Shown here: positions 10,852 through 21,600 of the stretch, one piece after another | Layout of the letters: each line of letters opens with the position of its first letter | Position numbering within the stretch: the stretch's first letter is position 1 | DNA from: Nemertoderma westbladi | Taxonomy: Eukaryota; Animalia; Xenacoelomorpha | Assembly: GCA_032718475.1 (NCBI GenBank) | Contig: JAUCBJ010004698.1 | Coordinates: 1-46,069 of the forward strand | Length of the DNA stretch: 46,069 nucleotides | Direction: 5' to 3' | Position numbers and translations under genes: made by a program | The notes under the pieces: model-generated | Seen by the model: the letters and a program-made list of their open reading frames with translations, nothing else | Database searches by the model: none | Told to the model about the DNA's origin: nothing

Positions 10852-12157
10852 CGGCGGGTCTGTCTCCTCCCGACGGGTCTGTGGTAGGTCTGTCTCCTCC
10901 CGACGGGTCTGTGGTGGGTCAGTCTCCTCCCGACGGGTCCGTGGTGGGTCTGTCTCCTCCCGACGGGTCTGTGGTGGGTCTGTCTCCTCCCGACGGGTCT
11001 AAGGTGGCTGACGAGTCTGTGTTAGGTCTGTCCCGTCCTGACGGGTCTATGGAGGGTCTGTCTCCTCCTCCCGACGGGTCTGTGGTGGGTCCGTCTCCTC
11101 CTCCACCCGACGGGTCTGTGGTGGGTCTGTCTCCACCCGACGGGTCTAAGGTGGCCGATGGGTCTGGTTTAGGTCTGTCCCCTCCTGACGGGTCTAAGGT
11201 GGGTCTGTCTCCTCCTCCCGACGGGTCTGTGGTGGGTCCGTCTCCTCCTCCACCCGACGGGTCTGTGGTGGGTCTGTCTCCTCCTCCCGACGGGTTTGTG
11301 GCGGGTCCGTCTCCTCCTCCCGACGGGTCTGTGGTGGGTCTGTCTCCTCCTCCAGCCGACGGGTCTGCGGTGGGTCAGTCTCCTCCACCCGACGGGTCTG
11401 TGGTGGGTCTGTCTCCTCCTCCACCCGACGGGTCTGTGGTGGGTCTGTCTCCTCCTCCAGCCGACGGGTCTGTGGTGGGTCAGTCTCCTCCTCCACCCGA
11501 CGGGTCTGTGGTGGGTCAGTCTCCTCCTCCTCCCGACGGGTCTGTGGTGGGTCTGTCTCCTCCTCCACCCGACGGGTCTGTGGTGGGTCTGTCTCCTCCT
11601 CCAGCCGACGGGTCTGTGGTGGGTCTGGCTCCTCCTCCAGCCGACGGGTCCGTGGTGGGTCTGTCCCTACCTCCAGCCGACGGGCCTGTGGTGGGTCTGT
11701 CCCTTCCTCCAGCCGGCGGGTCTGTGATGGGTCTGTCTCATCCCCCAGCCGACGGGTCCGTGGGGGGTCTGTCCCTTCGTCCGGCCGACGGGCCTGTGGC
11801 GGGTCTGTCTCCTCCTTCAGCCGACGGGTCCGTGGTGGGTCTGTCCCTTCCTCCAGCCGACGGGTCTGTGGTGGGTCTGTCTCCTCCTCCAGCCGACGGG
11901 TCCGTGGTGGGTCTGTCCCTTCCTCCTGCCGACGGGTCTGTGGTGGGTCTGTCTCCTCCTCCACCCGACGGGTCTGTGGTGGGTCTGTCTCCTCCTCCAG
12001 CCGACGGGTCTGTGGTGGGTCTATCTCCCCCTCCAGCCGACGGGTCCGTGGTGGGTCTGTCCCTTCCTCCAGCCGACGGGTCTGTGGTGGGTCTGTCTCC
12101 TCCTCAAGCCGACGGGTCTGTGGCGGGTCCGTCTCCTCCTTCAGCCGACGGGCCTGC
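10852..12157 (+). repeat. GC-rich tandem repeat, mostly 30/33/36-bp units, encoding (V/A)GLSPP(P)(P/A)DGSV
   Basis: About 35-40 copies of gtggtgggtctgtctcct(cct)n..gacgggtct; length variants preserve the reading frame. Confidence 0.95.
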
Positions 12158-13706
12158 GAACCACCCTAGCGAGCCTTCAATCACACAAAAATGGTTTGCA
12201 GATGATGGAAATGTAGCGGGTCGCCTCCGCCGTTTAAGAGCCTACTGGGAGAAGGTAAATATGATTGGCCCAGGGTATGGGTATTTCCCCAATGCCAAAA
12301 AGTCTGTCCTTATAGTTAAAGACGAACATCGGGCCATAGCTGAGGATATATTCGCTGGGACTGGGGTCCAACTGACCGATGGCTACAGGGTATTGGGTTC
12401 GGTGATAGGTTCTCCCCGGGCATGCGAAACGTTCCTCACAGAACGCGTTGAACAACTCATAGACCAGCTGACCAGGTTGAAGGAGTTTGCTGTTACGGCC
12501 CCACACCCCGCATATAGTTGTCTTATCTACGGTCTACAGCCTAAATTTAACTACTTGTCCCGGACAACCCCGGAATTCACCGCAAAGTTAGACAGTGTAG
12601 AGCAATATATCGTGGACTCTTTGATTCCCTCACTAACAGGCCGGTCCCCACCAGGGCACACAGAGAGGGAGCTACTCGCCCTCCCAGTGAAAGAGGGCGG
12701 TATGGCCATAAACCAACCTGGCGACTTAAGACACAGCTATGAACATTCACGTAGGATCTGTGAACCTTTGAGGGTCGAAGCTGAAAGTTACCGGCAATCT
12801 CAGAGACCAATCGTCACTGAAATAATGAAGGAGAGGGCAGAACTTAGAAAGATCAAGTGTGAAACAGTTCACGATCAGCTGTCCTACGAGTCGAAGTACC
12901 TCCGTACACTTTCTTGCGAGAAGGGGGCCTCAGCATGGCTGTCAGCCATCCCTATTCAAAAATACGGATTTTCCCTACATAAAACAGCCTTCCGGGATAG
13001 TCTGTGTTTGCGATATGGGTGGCTGCCAGACAGGTTGCCTTCCCACTGTGTCTGCGGGATTCCATTCGACATCTCACACTGTCTCCATTGCCCGACAGGT
13101 GGTTACCCTACCATAAGACACAATGAGATTAGGGACTACCTGGCCGAACTCCTCAACGAGGCAGCTCACGATGTTGAGGTAGAGCCCACCCTACAACCTG
13201 TGGAAGGCGAGGAGTTCCGGTTGGCCGGCACCACCCGCGAACCGGACGCCCGTCTCGATGTCGCCGCCAGTGGATTATGGGGAGGTCGTTTCGAAAGGAT
13301 TTACGTCGACGTGAAGATTTTCAACCCTCTATGCGCGTCGAACCCTCGTTCCATTCCCTCCGCATACAGAAAACACGAAGGCGACAAGCGGAGAAAGTAC
13401 GAGGAGCGAGTGAACTCGATCGAGCACGCCGGATTCGTGCCCTTCGTCATGGCGACGACGGGTGGAGCCAGCCGAAGTGCGCATGCCATCATAAACCGGA
13501 TCGCACTTATAATATCCGAAAAGAGAAACTCTCCCTATTCAAAGACTGTGCCCCTTATAAGAACCCGGTTGAACTTCGCTCTTCTCCGGTCTTCAATTAT
13601 GTGTCTACGGGGGGTTAGGACTCCAAAACAGAAACGCCTAATCCAACCCTTCCGTGACATAGGGATGGAGTGCGCGGCGACTGAGGGGTTAAACGGGGAC
13701 ATCTAA
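10881..13706 (+). CDS. Retrotransposon ORF: Pro-rich repeats + partial RT (from FADD) + CCHC knuckle + PD-(D/E)xK endonuclease
   Basis: WFADDGNVAG, GYGYFPNAKKS, LGSVIG, LALPVKEGGM, GASAWL, CVCG..HCLHC, RHNEIRD, ARLDV...YVDVK, KRRKY, FVPFVMATTGG are typical CRE-type motifs. The track start is GTG; the first in-frame ATG is at 11049. Upstream RT motifs (RPI, QGDPL) are absent. Confidence 0.8.
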   Translation: MVGLSPPDGSVVGQSPPDGSVVGLSPPDGSVVGLSPPDGSKVADESVLGLSRPDGSMEGLSPPPDGSVVGPSPPPPDGSVVGLSPPDGSKVADGSGLGLSPPDGSKVGLSPPPDGSVVGPSPPPPDGSVVGLSPPPDGFVAGPSPPPDGSVVGLSPPPADGSAVGQSPPPDGSVVGLSPPPPDGSVVGLSPPPADGSVVGQSPPPPDGSVVGQSPPPPDGSVVGLSPPPPDGSVVGLSPPPADGSVVGLAPPPADGSVVGLSLPPADGPVVGLSLPPAGGSVMGLSHPPADGSVGGLSLRPADGPVAGLSPPSADGSVVGLSLPPADGSVVGLSPPPADGSVVGLSLPPADGSVVGLSPPPPDGSVVGLSPPPADGSVVGLSPPPADGSVVGLSLPPADGSVVGLSPPQADGSVAGPSPPSADGPANHPSEPSITQKWFADDGNVAGRLRRLRAYWEKVNMIGPGYGYFPNAKKSVLIVKDEHRAIAEDIFAGTGVQLTDGYRVLGSVIGSPRACETFLTERVEQLIDQLTRLKEFAVTAPHPAYSCLIYGLQPKFNYLSRTTPEFTAKLDSVEQYIVDSLIPSLTGRSPPGHTERELLALPVKEGGMAINQPGDLRHSYEHSRRICEPLRVEAESYRQSQRPIVTEIMKERAELRKIKCETVHDQLSYESKYLRTLSCEKGASAWLSAIPIQKYGFSLHKTAFRDSLCLRYGWLPDRLPSHCVCGIPFDISHCLHCPTGGYPTIRHNEIRDYLAELLNEAAHDVEVEPTLQPVEGEEFRLAGTTREPDARLDVAASGLWGGRFERIYVDVKIFNPLCASNPRSIPSAYRKHEGDKRRKYEERVNSIEHAGFVPFVMATTGGASRSAHAIINRIALIISEKRNSPYSKTVPLIRTRLNFALLRSSIMCLRGVRTPKQKRLIQPFRDIGMECAATEGLNGDI

Positions 13707-13940
13707 GGGTTCTGGTAACTGGCCGCGAATATGGATAACAATAGTGTAACTGGAGAAAGAAGGTGGACAAAGAAATGATAACTTCTTATTGATGCTACTT
13801 ATTGGACCTTCTTTTAATATTAACTATTTTAATAATTTTGTAACTTTAATACAGTACGTTGATTTTATCAGTTTGTGCTACTACTACGGCAACATATTAC
13901 GTTCTTTTGAATAAAAATGCAATAAAGTGAAAAAAAAAAA

Positions 13941-14265
13941 ATAGTACAGTACCAGTACCACAGCATAGTACAGTGCCACACCACAGCATAGTACAGTACC
14001 AGTACCACAGCATAGTACAGTACCAGTACCACACCACAGCATAGTACAGTACCAATACCACAGCATAGTACAGTACCACACCACAGCATAGTACAGTTCC
14101 AGTACCACTGCATAGTACAGTACCAGTACCACAGCATAGTACAGTACCAGTACCACAGCATAGTACAGTTCCAGTACCACAGCATAGTACAGTACCACAC
14201 CACAGCAGAGTACAGTACCAGTTCCACAGCATAGTACAGTACCACAGCATAGTACAGTACAGTAC
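13941..14265. repeat. 24-bp minisatellite (cacagcatagtacagtaccagtac), right part
   Basis: Same unit as 10568-10851, starting immediately after the A-tail. Confidence 0.95.
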
Positions 14266-14376
14266 CCAGTATCATAAAAGGATAATAAGAGTAAATGCAA
14301 CATGACGTTATCTGATAAATTCACCCCTATTTTTATTTTTATGGACATATCTATTCACCCCCCCCCCCCCCCCCAG

Positions 14377-14580
14377 GTTTCTGTGGGCCCCTACAGCCCG
14401 ACGTCTCATCACGCAGAAGATCCAGGTGTCCTGGATGTTGTTGGAGTGGATAGACAAAAGAAATGGGCGGCTCTGGGAGACATGGGCCATGACGTTGCCA
14501 TGGCTACCTTCATAAACCTTATCGACAAACGTTGCCAATCGTTCAGGCCATGGTTCGAGGCTCAGAAAAAAGCGCAAGAG
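14377..14580 (+). CDS. ACBD3: ACBD3/GCP60 coding exon 2 (rest of the ACB domain)
   Basis: VSVGPYSP...PGVLDVVGVDRQKKWAALGDMGHDVAMATFINLIDKRC matches ACBD3 (V..GPY.P....G..DV.G.DR...WAALG.M....AM..F..L....C); acceptor (C)17-AG; phase 0 at both ends; donor GTATAC at 14581. Confidence 0.92.
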
Positions 14581-15370
14581 GTATACCGGAACCAACTATA
14601 TATATATTGTGTGTGTGATCCCTTCTTTGTAAGATACTATCTTCGTTTCTTTATTTACTTTCATTTCATTTTAACGCAGTAAAGATTCGTTGCAATGACC
14701 CAACGCAGAGGCGCATTCCTCTCATGGATATGGGCACTAGTACAGATATGTGATATAGTGTGGAGTTGTTAATATATAGGTGCCTACATGAATTAAACTC
14801 CTAAGGGCCTGACGATAACTTAAACGTGTCCAAGGAATCCATGTCTGCTTGAATAAGCGCTTAAGGTTGTAGGTTATTACCGGGACAGCCAATGAATCCC
14901 ACAGAAAGTACCGTGCAATATTTTGGATTTAGCCACCGATTGAAATGAATGAGAAAGACGTGCAATTGCCTGTTGTGATTCGTGTAATACAAGCCGAGAG
15001 CTCGAAGTACAACTGAGTCGGTAGCCTAGGAATTCCAGGGCTAGACTTTTTTAAACTAGTGTTCCACCAAGATTGAGAAAGCAGGATTTGTGTGTTAGTC
15101 TGCATCCCCTATCAAGAACCAACCACGATGTTTTAGATGCAGCAAACGATAAGCCTACATCACTTTATTAGAGAGAACACTGGCCATTATCTCCAAGTCG
15201 CGCATAGAAAGATAAATGGCGCTCCAAGCCAGACAGGTCCAATACGGCAGCCAAGACCTGTGGACTGAAGTCCATTGACCATCACTTCCGTGTACAGGTT
15301 GCGGGTGCCATGTCGCGCCCTCTAGCGGCAGATAATACATTATATATATATAGTTAGTTTAATCCCACAG

Positions 15371-15475
15371 GAAAAGGAAATAGCCGAACGGGAGACAGCT
15401 GGAAAAGTGAAGTGTGAGGAGGAGAGGAAAGAATCTGAGACGCGATTGATAGAAGAGGCTCAGTTACAGGCCCAG
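15371..15475 (+). CDS. ACBD3: ACBD3/GCP60 coding exon 3 (charged E/R/K-rich region)
   Basis: Acceptor cccacAG, donor GTAAGT, 105 bp phase 0/0; EKEIAERETAGKVKCEEERKESETRLIEEAQLQAQ fits the charged coiled-coil region that follows the ACB domain. Confidence 0.8.
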
Positions 15476-15627
15476 GTAAGTAGCATAAACATTTATAAGA
15501 AGTTTCTGTATATTTAACCGCGTTGTATTGAGCTGCGTTGCATGTCTACCCTCCCAATGTGTGCAAATTTCGCTATTTAGTTATTACACATTGCCGATCG
15601 GTGATACACGCAGTCTATACTTATATA

Positions 15628-18600
15628 TCTACTATACTTATTAAAGAGATTAGTAAAATTCCGGTGTCTGCGACTTTGCCTTCTATTATTCGCATCGCTT
15701 TGTAATCTTTTTATCTGTATTGATTAATAACGTGCGGTTTGCCTGCGGTAATCAAAGGTAAAATAGAAGCCAACACCAATACACTAGTTGTGTAACTAAC
15801 TGACTAACACCAACACCAATACACTAGTTGTGTAACTAACTAACTAACTAACACCAACACCAATACACTAGTTGTGTAACTAACTAACTAACACCAACAC
15901 CAATACACTAGTTGTATAACTAACTAACTAACTAATACCAACACCAATACACTAGTTGTGTAACTAACTAACACCAACACCAATACACTAGTTGTGTAAC
16001 TAACTAACTAACACCAACACCAATACACTAGTTGTGTAACTAACTAACTAACACCAACACCAATACACTAGTTGTGTAACTAACTAACTAACACCAACAC
16101 CAATACACTAGTTGTGTAACTAACTAACTAACACCAACACCAATACACTAGTTGTGTAACTAACTAACTAACACCAACACCAATACACTAGTTGTGTAAC
16201 TAACTAACTAACACCAATACACTAGTTGTGTAACTAACTAACACCAACACCAATACACTAGTTGTGTAACTAACTAACTAACACCAACACCAATACACTA
16301 GTTGTGTAACTAACTAACACCAACACCAATACACTAGTTGTGTAACTAACTAACTAACACCAACACCAATACACTAGTTGTGTAACTAACTAACTAACAC
16401 CAACACCAATACACTAGTTGTGTAACTAACTAACTAACACCAACACCAATACACTAGTTGTGTAACTAACTAACTAACACCAACACCAATACACTAGTTG
16501 TGTAACTAACTAACTAACACCAACACCAATACACTAGTTGTGTAACTAACTAACTAACACCAACACCAATACACTAGTTGTGTAACTAACTAACTAACAC
16601 CAATACACTAGTTGTGTAACTAACTAACTAACACCAACACCAATACACTAGTTGTGTAACTAACTAACTAACACCAATACACTAGTTGTGTAACTAACTA
16701 ACACCAACACCAATACACTAGTTGTGTAACTAACTAACTAACACCAACACCAATACACTAGTTGTGTAACTAACTAACACCAACACCAATACACTAGTTG
16801 TGTAACTAACTAACTAATACCAACACCAATACACTAGTTGTGTAACTAACTAACTAACTAACACCAATACACTAGTTGTGTAACTAACTAACTAACACCA
16901 ACACCAATACACTAGTTGTGTAACTAACTAACTAACCAACACCAATACACTAGTTGTGTAACTAACTAACTAACACCAACACCAATACACTAGTTGTGTA
17001 ACTAACTAACTAACTAACACCAACACCAATACACTAGTTGTGTAACTAACTAACACCAACACCAATACACTAGTTGTGTAACTAACTAACTAACACCAAT
17101 ACACTAGTTGTGTAACTAACTAACACCAACACCAATACACTAGTTGTGTAACTAACTAACTAACACCAACACCAATACACTAGTTGTGTAACTAACTAAC
17201 ACCAACACCAATACACTAGTTGTGTAACTAACTAACTAATACCAACACCAATACACTAGTTGTGTAACTAACTAACTAACTAACACCAATACACTAGTTG
17301 TGTAACTAACTAACTAATACCAACACCATTACACTAGTTGTGTAACTAACTAACTAACCAACACCAATACACTAGTTGTGTAACTAACTAACTAACACCA
17401 ACACCAATACACTAGTTGTGTAACTAACTAACTAACACCAACACCAATACACTAGTTGTGTAACTAACTAACACCAACACCAATACACTAGTTGTGTAAC
17501 TAACTAACTAACTAACTAACTAACACCAATACACTAGTTGTGTAACTAACTAACTAACACCTACACCAATACACTAGTTGTGTAACTAACTAACTAACAC
17601 CAACACCAATACACTAGTTGTTAACTAACTAACTAACTAACACCAACACCAATACACTAGTTGTGTAACTAACTAACTAACACCAACACCAATACACTAG
17701 TTGTGTAACTAACTAACTAACACCAACACCAATACACTAGTTGTGTAACTAACTAACTAACACCAACACCAATACACTAGTTGTGTAACTAACTAACTAA
17801 CACCAACACCAATACACTAGTTGTGTAACTAACTAACTAACACCAACACCAATACACTAGTTGTGTAACTAACTAACTAACACCAACACCAATACACTAG
17901 TTGTGTAACTAACTAACTAACACCAACACCAATACACTAGTTGTGTAACTAACTAACTAACACCAACACCAATACACTAGTTGTGTAACTAACTAACTAA
18001 CACCAACACCAATACACTAGTTGTGTAACTAACTAACTAACACCAATACACTAGTTGTGTAACTAACTAACACCAACACCAATACACTAGTTGTGTAACT
18101 AACTAACTAACACCAACACCAATACACTAGTTGTGTAACTAACTAACACCAACACCAATACACTAGTTGTGTAACTAACTAACTAATACCAACACCAATA
18201 CACTAGTTGTGTAACTAACTAATAACTAACACCAATACACTAGTTGTGTAACTAACTAACTAATACCAACACCATTACACTAGTTGTGTAACTAACTAAC
18301 TAACCAACACCAATACACTAGTTGTGTAACTAACTAACTAACACCAACACCAATACACTAGTTGTGTAACTAACTAACTAACACCAACACCAATACACTA
18401 GTTGTGTAACTAACTAACACCAACACCAATACACTAGTTGTGTAACTAACTAACTAACTAACTAACTAACACCAATACACTAGTTGTGTAACTAACTAAC
18501 TAACACCTACACCAATACACTAGTTGTGTAACTAACTAACTAACACCAACACCAATACACTAGTTGTTAACTAACTAACTAACTAACACCAATACACTAG

Positions 18601-21600
18601 TTGTGTAACTAACTAACACCAACACCAATACACTAGTTGTGTAACTAACTAACTAACACCTACACCAATACACTAGTTGTGTAACTAACTAACTAACTAA
18701 CTAACACCAACACCAATACACTAGTTGTGTAACTAACTAACACCAACACCAATACACTAGTTGTGTAACTAACTAACTAACACCAACACCAATACACTAG
18801 TTGTGTAACTAACTAACTAACACCAACACCAATACACTAGTTGTGTAACTAACTAACTAACACCAACACCAATACACTAGTTGTGTAACTAACTAACTAA
18901 CTAACACCAATACACTAGTTGTGTAACTAACTAACTAATACCAACACCAATACACTAGTTGTGTAACTAACTAACTAACTAACACCAATACACTAGTTGT
19001 GTAACTAACTAACTAACACCAACACCAATACACTAGTTGTGTAACTAACTAACTAACTAACACCAATACACTAGTTGTGTAACTAACTAACTAACACCAA
19101 CACCAATACACTAGTTGTGTAACTAACTAACTAACACCAACACCAATACACTAGTTGTGTAACTAACTAACTAACTAACACCAATACACTAGTTGTGTAA
19201 CTAACTAACTAATACCAACACCAATACACTAGTTGTGTAACTAACTAACTAACACCAACACCAATACACTAGTTGTGTAACTAACTAACACCTACACCAA
19301 TACACTAGTTGTGTAACTAACTAACTAACACCAACACCAATACACTAGTTGTGTAACTAACTAACTAACACCAACACCAATACACTAGTTGTGTAACTAA
19401 CTAACTAACACCAACACCAATACACTAGTTGTGTAACTAACTAACTAACACCAACACCAATACACTAGTTGTGTAACTAACTAACTAACACCAACACCAA
19501 TACACTAGTTGTGTAACTAACTAACTAACACCAATACACTAGTTGTGTAACTAACTAACACCAACACCAATACACTAGTTGTGTAACTAACTAACTAACA
19601 CCAACACCAATACACTAGTTGTGTAACTAACTAACACCAACACCAATACACTAGTTGTGTAACTAACTAACTAATACCAACACCAATACACTAGTTGTGT
19701 AACTAACTAACTAACTAACACCAATACACTAGTTGTGTAACTAACTAACTAATACCAACACCATTACACTAGTTGTGTAACTAACTAACTAACCAACACC
19801 AATACACTAGTTGTGTAACTAACTAACTAACACCAACACCAATACACTAGTTGTGTAACTAACTAACTAACACCAACACCAATACACTAGTTGTGTAACT
19901 AACTAACACCAACACCAATACACTAGTTGTGTAACTAACTAACTAACTAACTAACACCAATACACTAGTTGTGTAACTAACTAACTAACACCTACACCAA
20001 TACACTAGTTGTGTAACTAACTAACTAACACCAACACCAATACACTAGTTGTGTAACTAACTAACTAACACCAACACCAATACACTAGTTGTGTAACTAA
20101 CTAACTAACACCAACACCAATACACTAGTTGTGTAACTAACTAACTAACACCAACACCAATACACTAGTTGTGTAACTAACTAACTAACACCAACACCAA
20201 TACACTAGTTGTGTAACTAACTAACTAACACCAACACCAATACACTAGTTGTGTAACTAACTAACTAACACCAACACCAATACACTAGTTGTGTAACTAA
20301 CTAACTAACACCAACACCAATACACTAGTTGTGTAACTAACTAACTAACACCAACACCAATACACTAGTTGTGTAACTAACTAACTAACACCAATACACT
20401 AGTTGTGTAACTAACTAACACCAACACCAATACACTAGTTGTGTAACTAACTAACTAACACCAACACCAATACACTAGTTGTGTAACTAACTAACACCAA
20501 CACCAATACACTAGTTGTGTAACTAACTAACTAATACCAACACCAATACACTAGTTGTGTAACTAACTAACTAACTAACACCAATACACTAGTTGTGTAA
20601 CTAACTAACTAATACCAACACCATTACACTAGTTGTGTAACTAACTAACTAACCAACACCAATACACTAGTTGTGTAACTAACTAACTAACACCAACACC
20701 AATACACTAGTTGTGTAACTAACTAACTAACACCAACACCAATACACTAGTTGTGTAACTAACTAACACCAACACCAATACACTAGTTGTGTAACTAACT
20801 AACTAACTAACTAACTAACACCAATACACTAGTTGTGTAACTAACTAACTAACACCTACACCAATACACTAGTTGTGTAACTAACTAACTAACACCAACA
20901 CCAATACACTAGTTGTTAACTAACTAACTAACTAACACCAACACCAATACACTAGTTGTGTAACTAACTAACACCAACACCAATACACTAGTTGTGTAAC
21001 TAACTAACTAACACCTACACCAATACACTAGTTGTGTAACTAACTAACTAACTAACTAACACCAACACCAATACACTAGTTGTGTAACTAACTAACACCA
21101 ACACCAATACACTAGTTGTGTAACTAACTAACTAACACCAACACCAATACACTAGTTGTGTAACTAACTAACTAACACCAACACCAATACACTAGTTGTG
21201 TAACTAACTAACTAACACCAACACCAATACACTAGTTGTGTAACTAACTAACTAACTAACACCAATACACTAGTTGTGTAACTAACTAACTAATACCAAC
21301 ACCAATACACTAGTTGTGTAACTAACTAACTAACTAACACCAATACACTAGTTGTGTAACTAACTAACTAACACCAACACCAATACACTAGTTGTGTAAC
21401 TAACTAACTAACTAACACCAATACACTAGTTGTGTAACTAACTAACTAACACCAACACCAATACACTAGTTGTGTAACTAACTAACTAACACCAACACCA
21501 ATACACTAGTTGTGTAACTAACTAACTAACTAACACCAATACACTAGTTGTGTAACTAACTAACTAATACCAACACCAATACACTAGTTGTGTAACTAAC

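Larger units (their letters stand above)
10852..13941 (+). mobile_element. CRE-clade (restriction-like endonuclease) non-LTR retrotransposon, RT N-terminal half missing
   Basis: RT C-terminal half and RLE domain; 3' UTR with AATAAA (13910, 13921) and A-tail 13930-13941; atagtacagtaccag present on both sides (10837-10851, 13941-13955), consistent with a TSD although its length is ambiguous inside a tandem repeat. Confidence 0.88.

Noticed and set aside
10460-14348. Cys/Trp/Tyr-rich and EEETDPPQTRR ORFs
   Set aside because: Translations of the 24-bp minisatellite and of other frames of the Pro-repeat array.
14983-15339. Possible solo LTR on the minus strand (TGTA...TACA ends, internal AATAAA)
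   Set aside because: No target-site duplication found and the left boundary is arbitrary.
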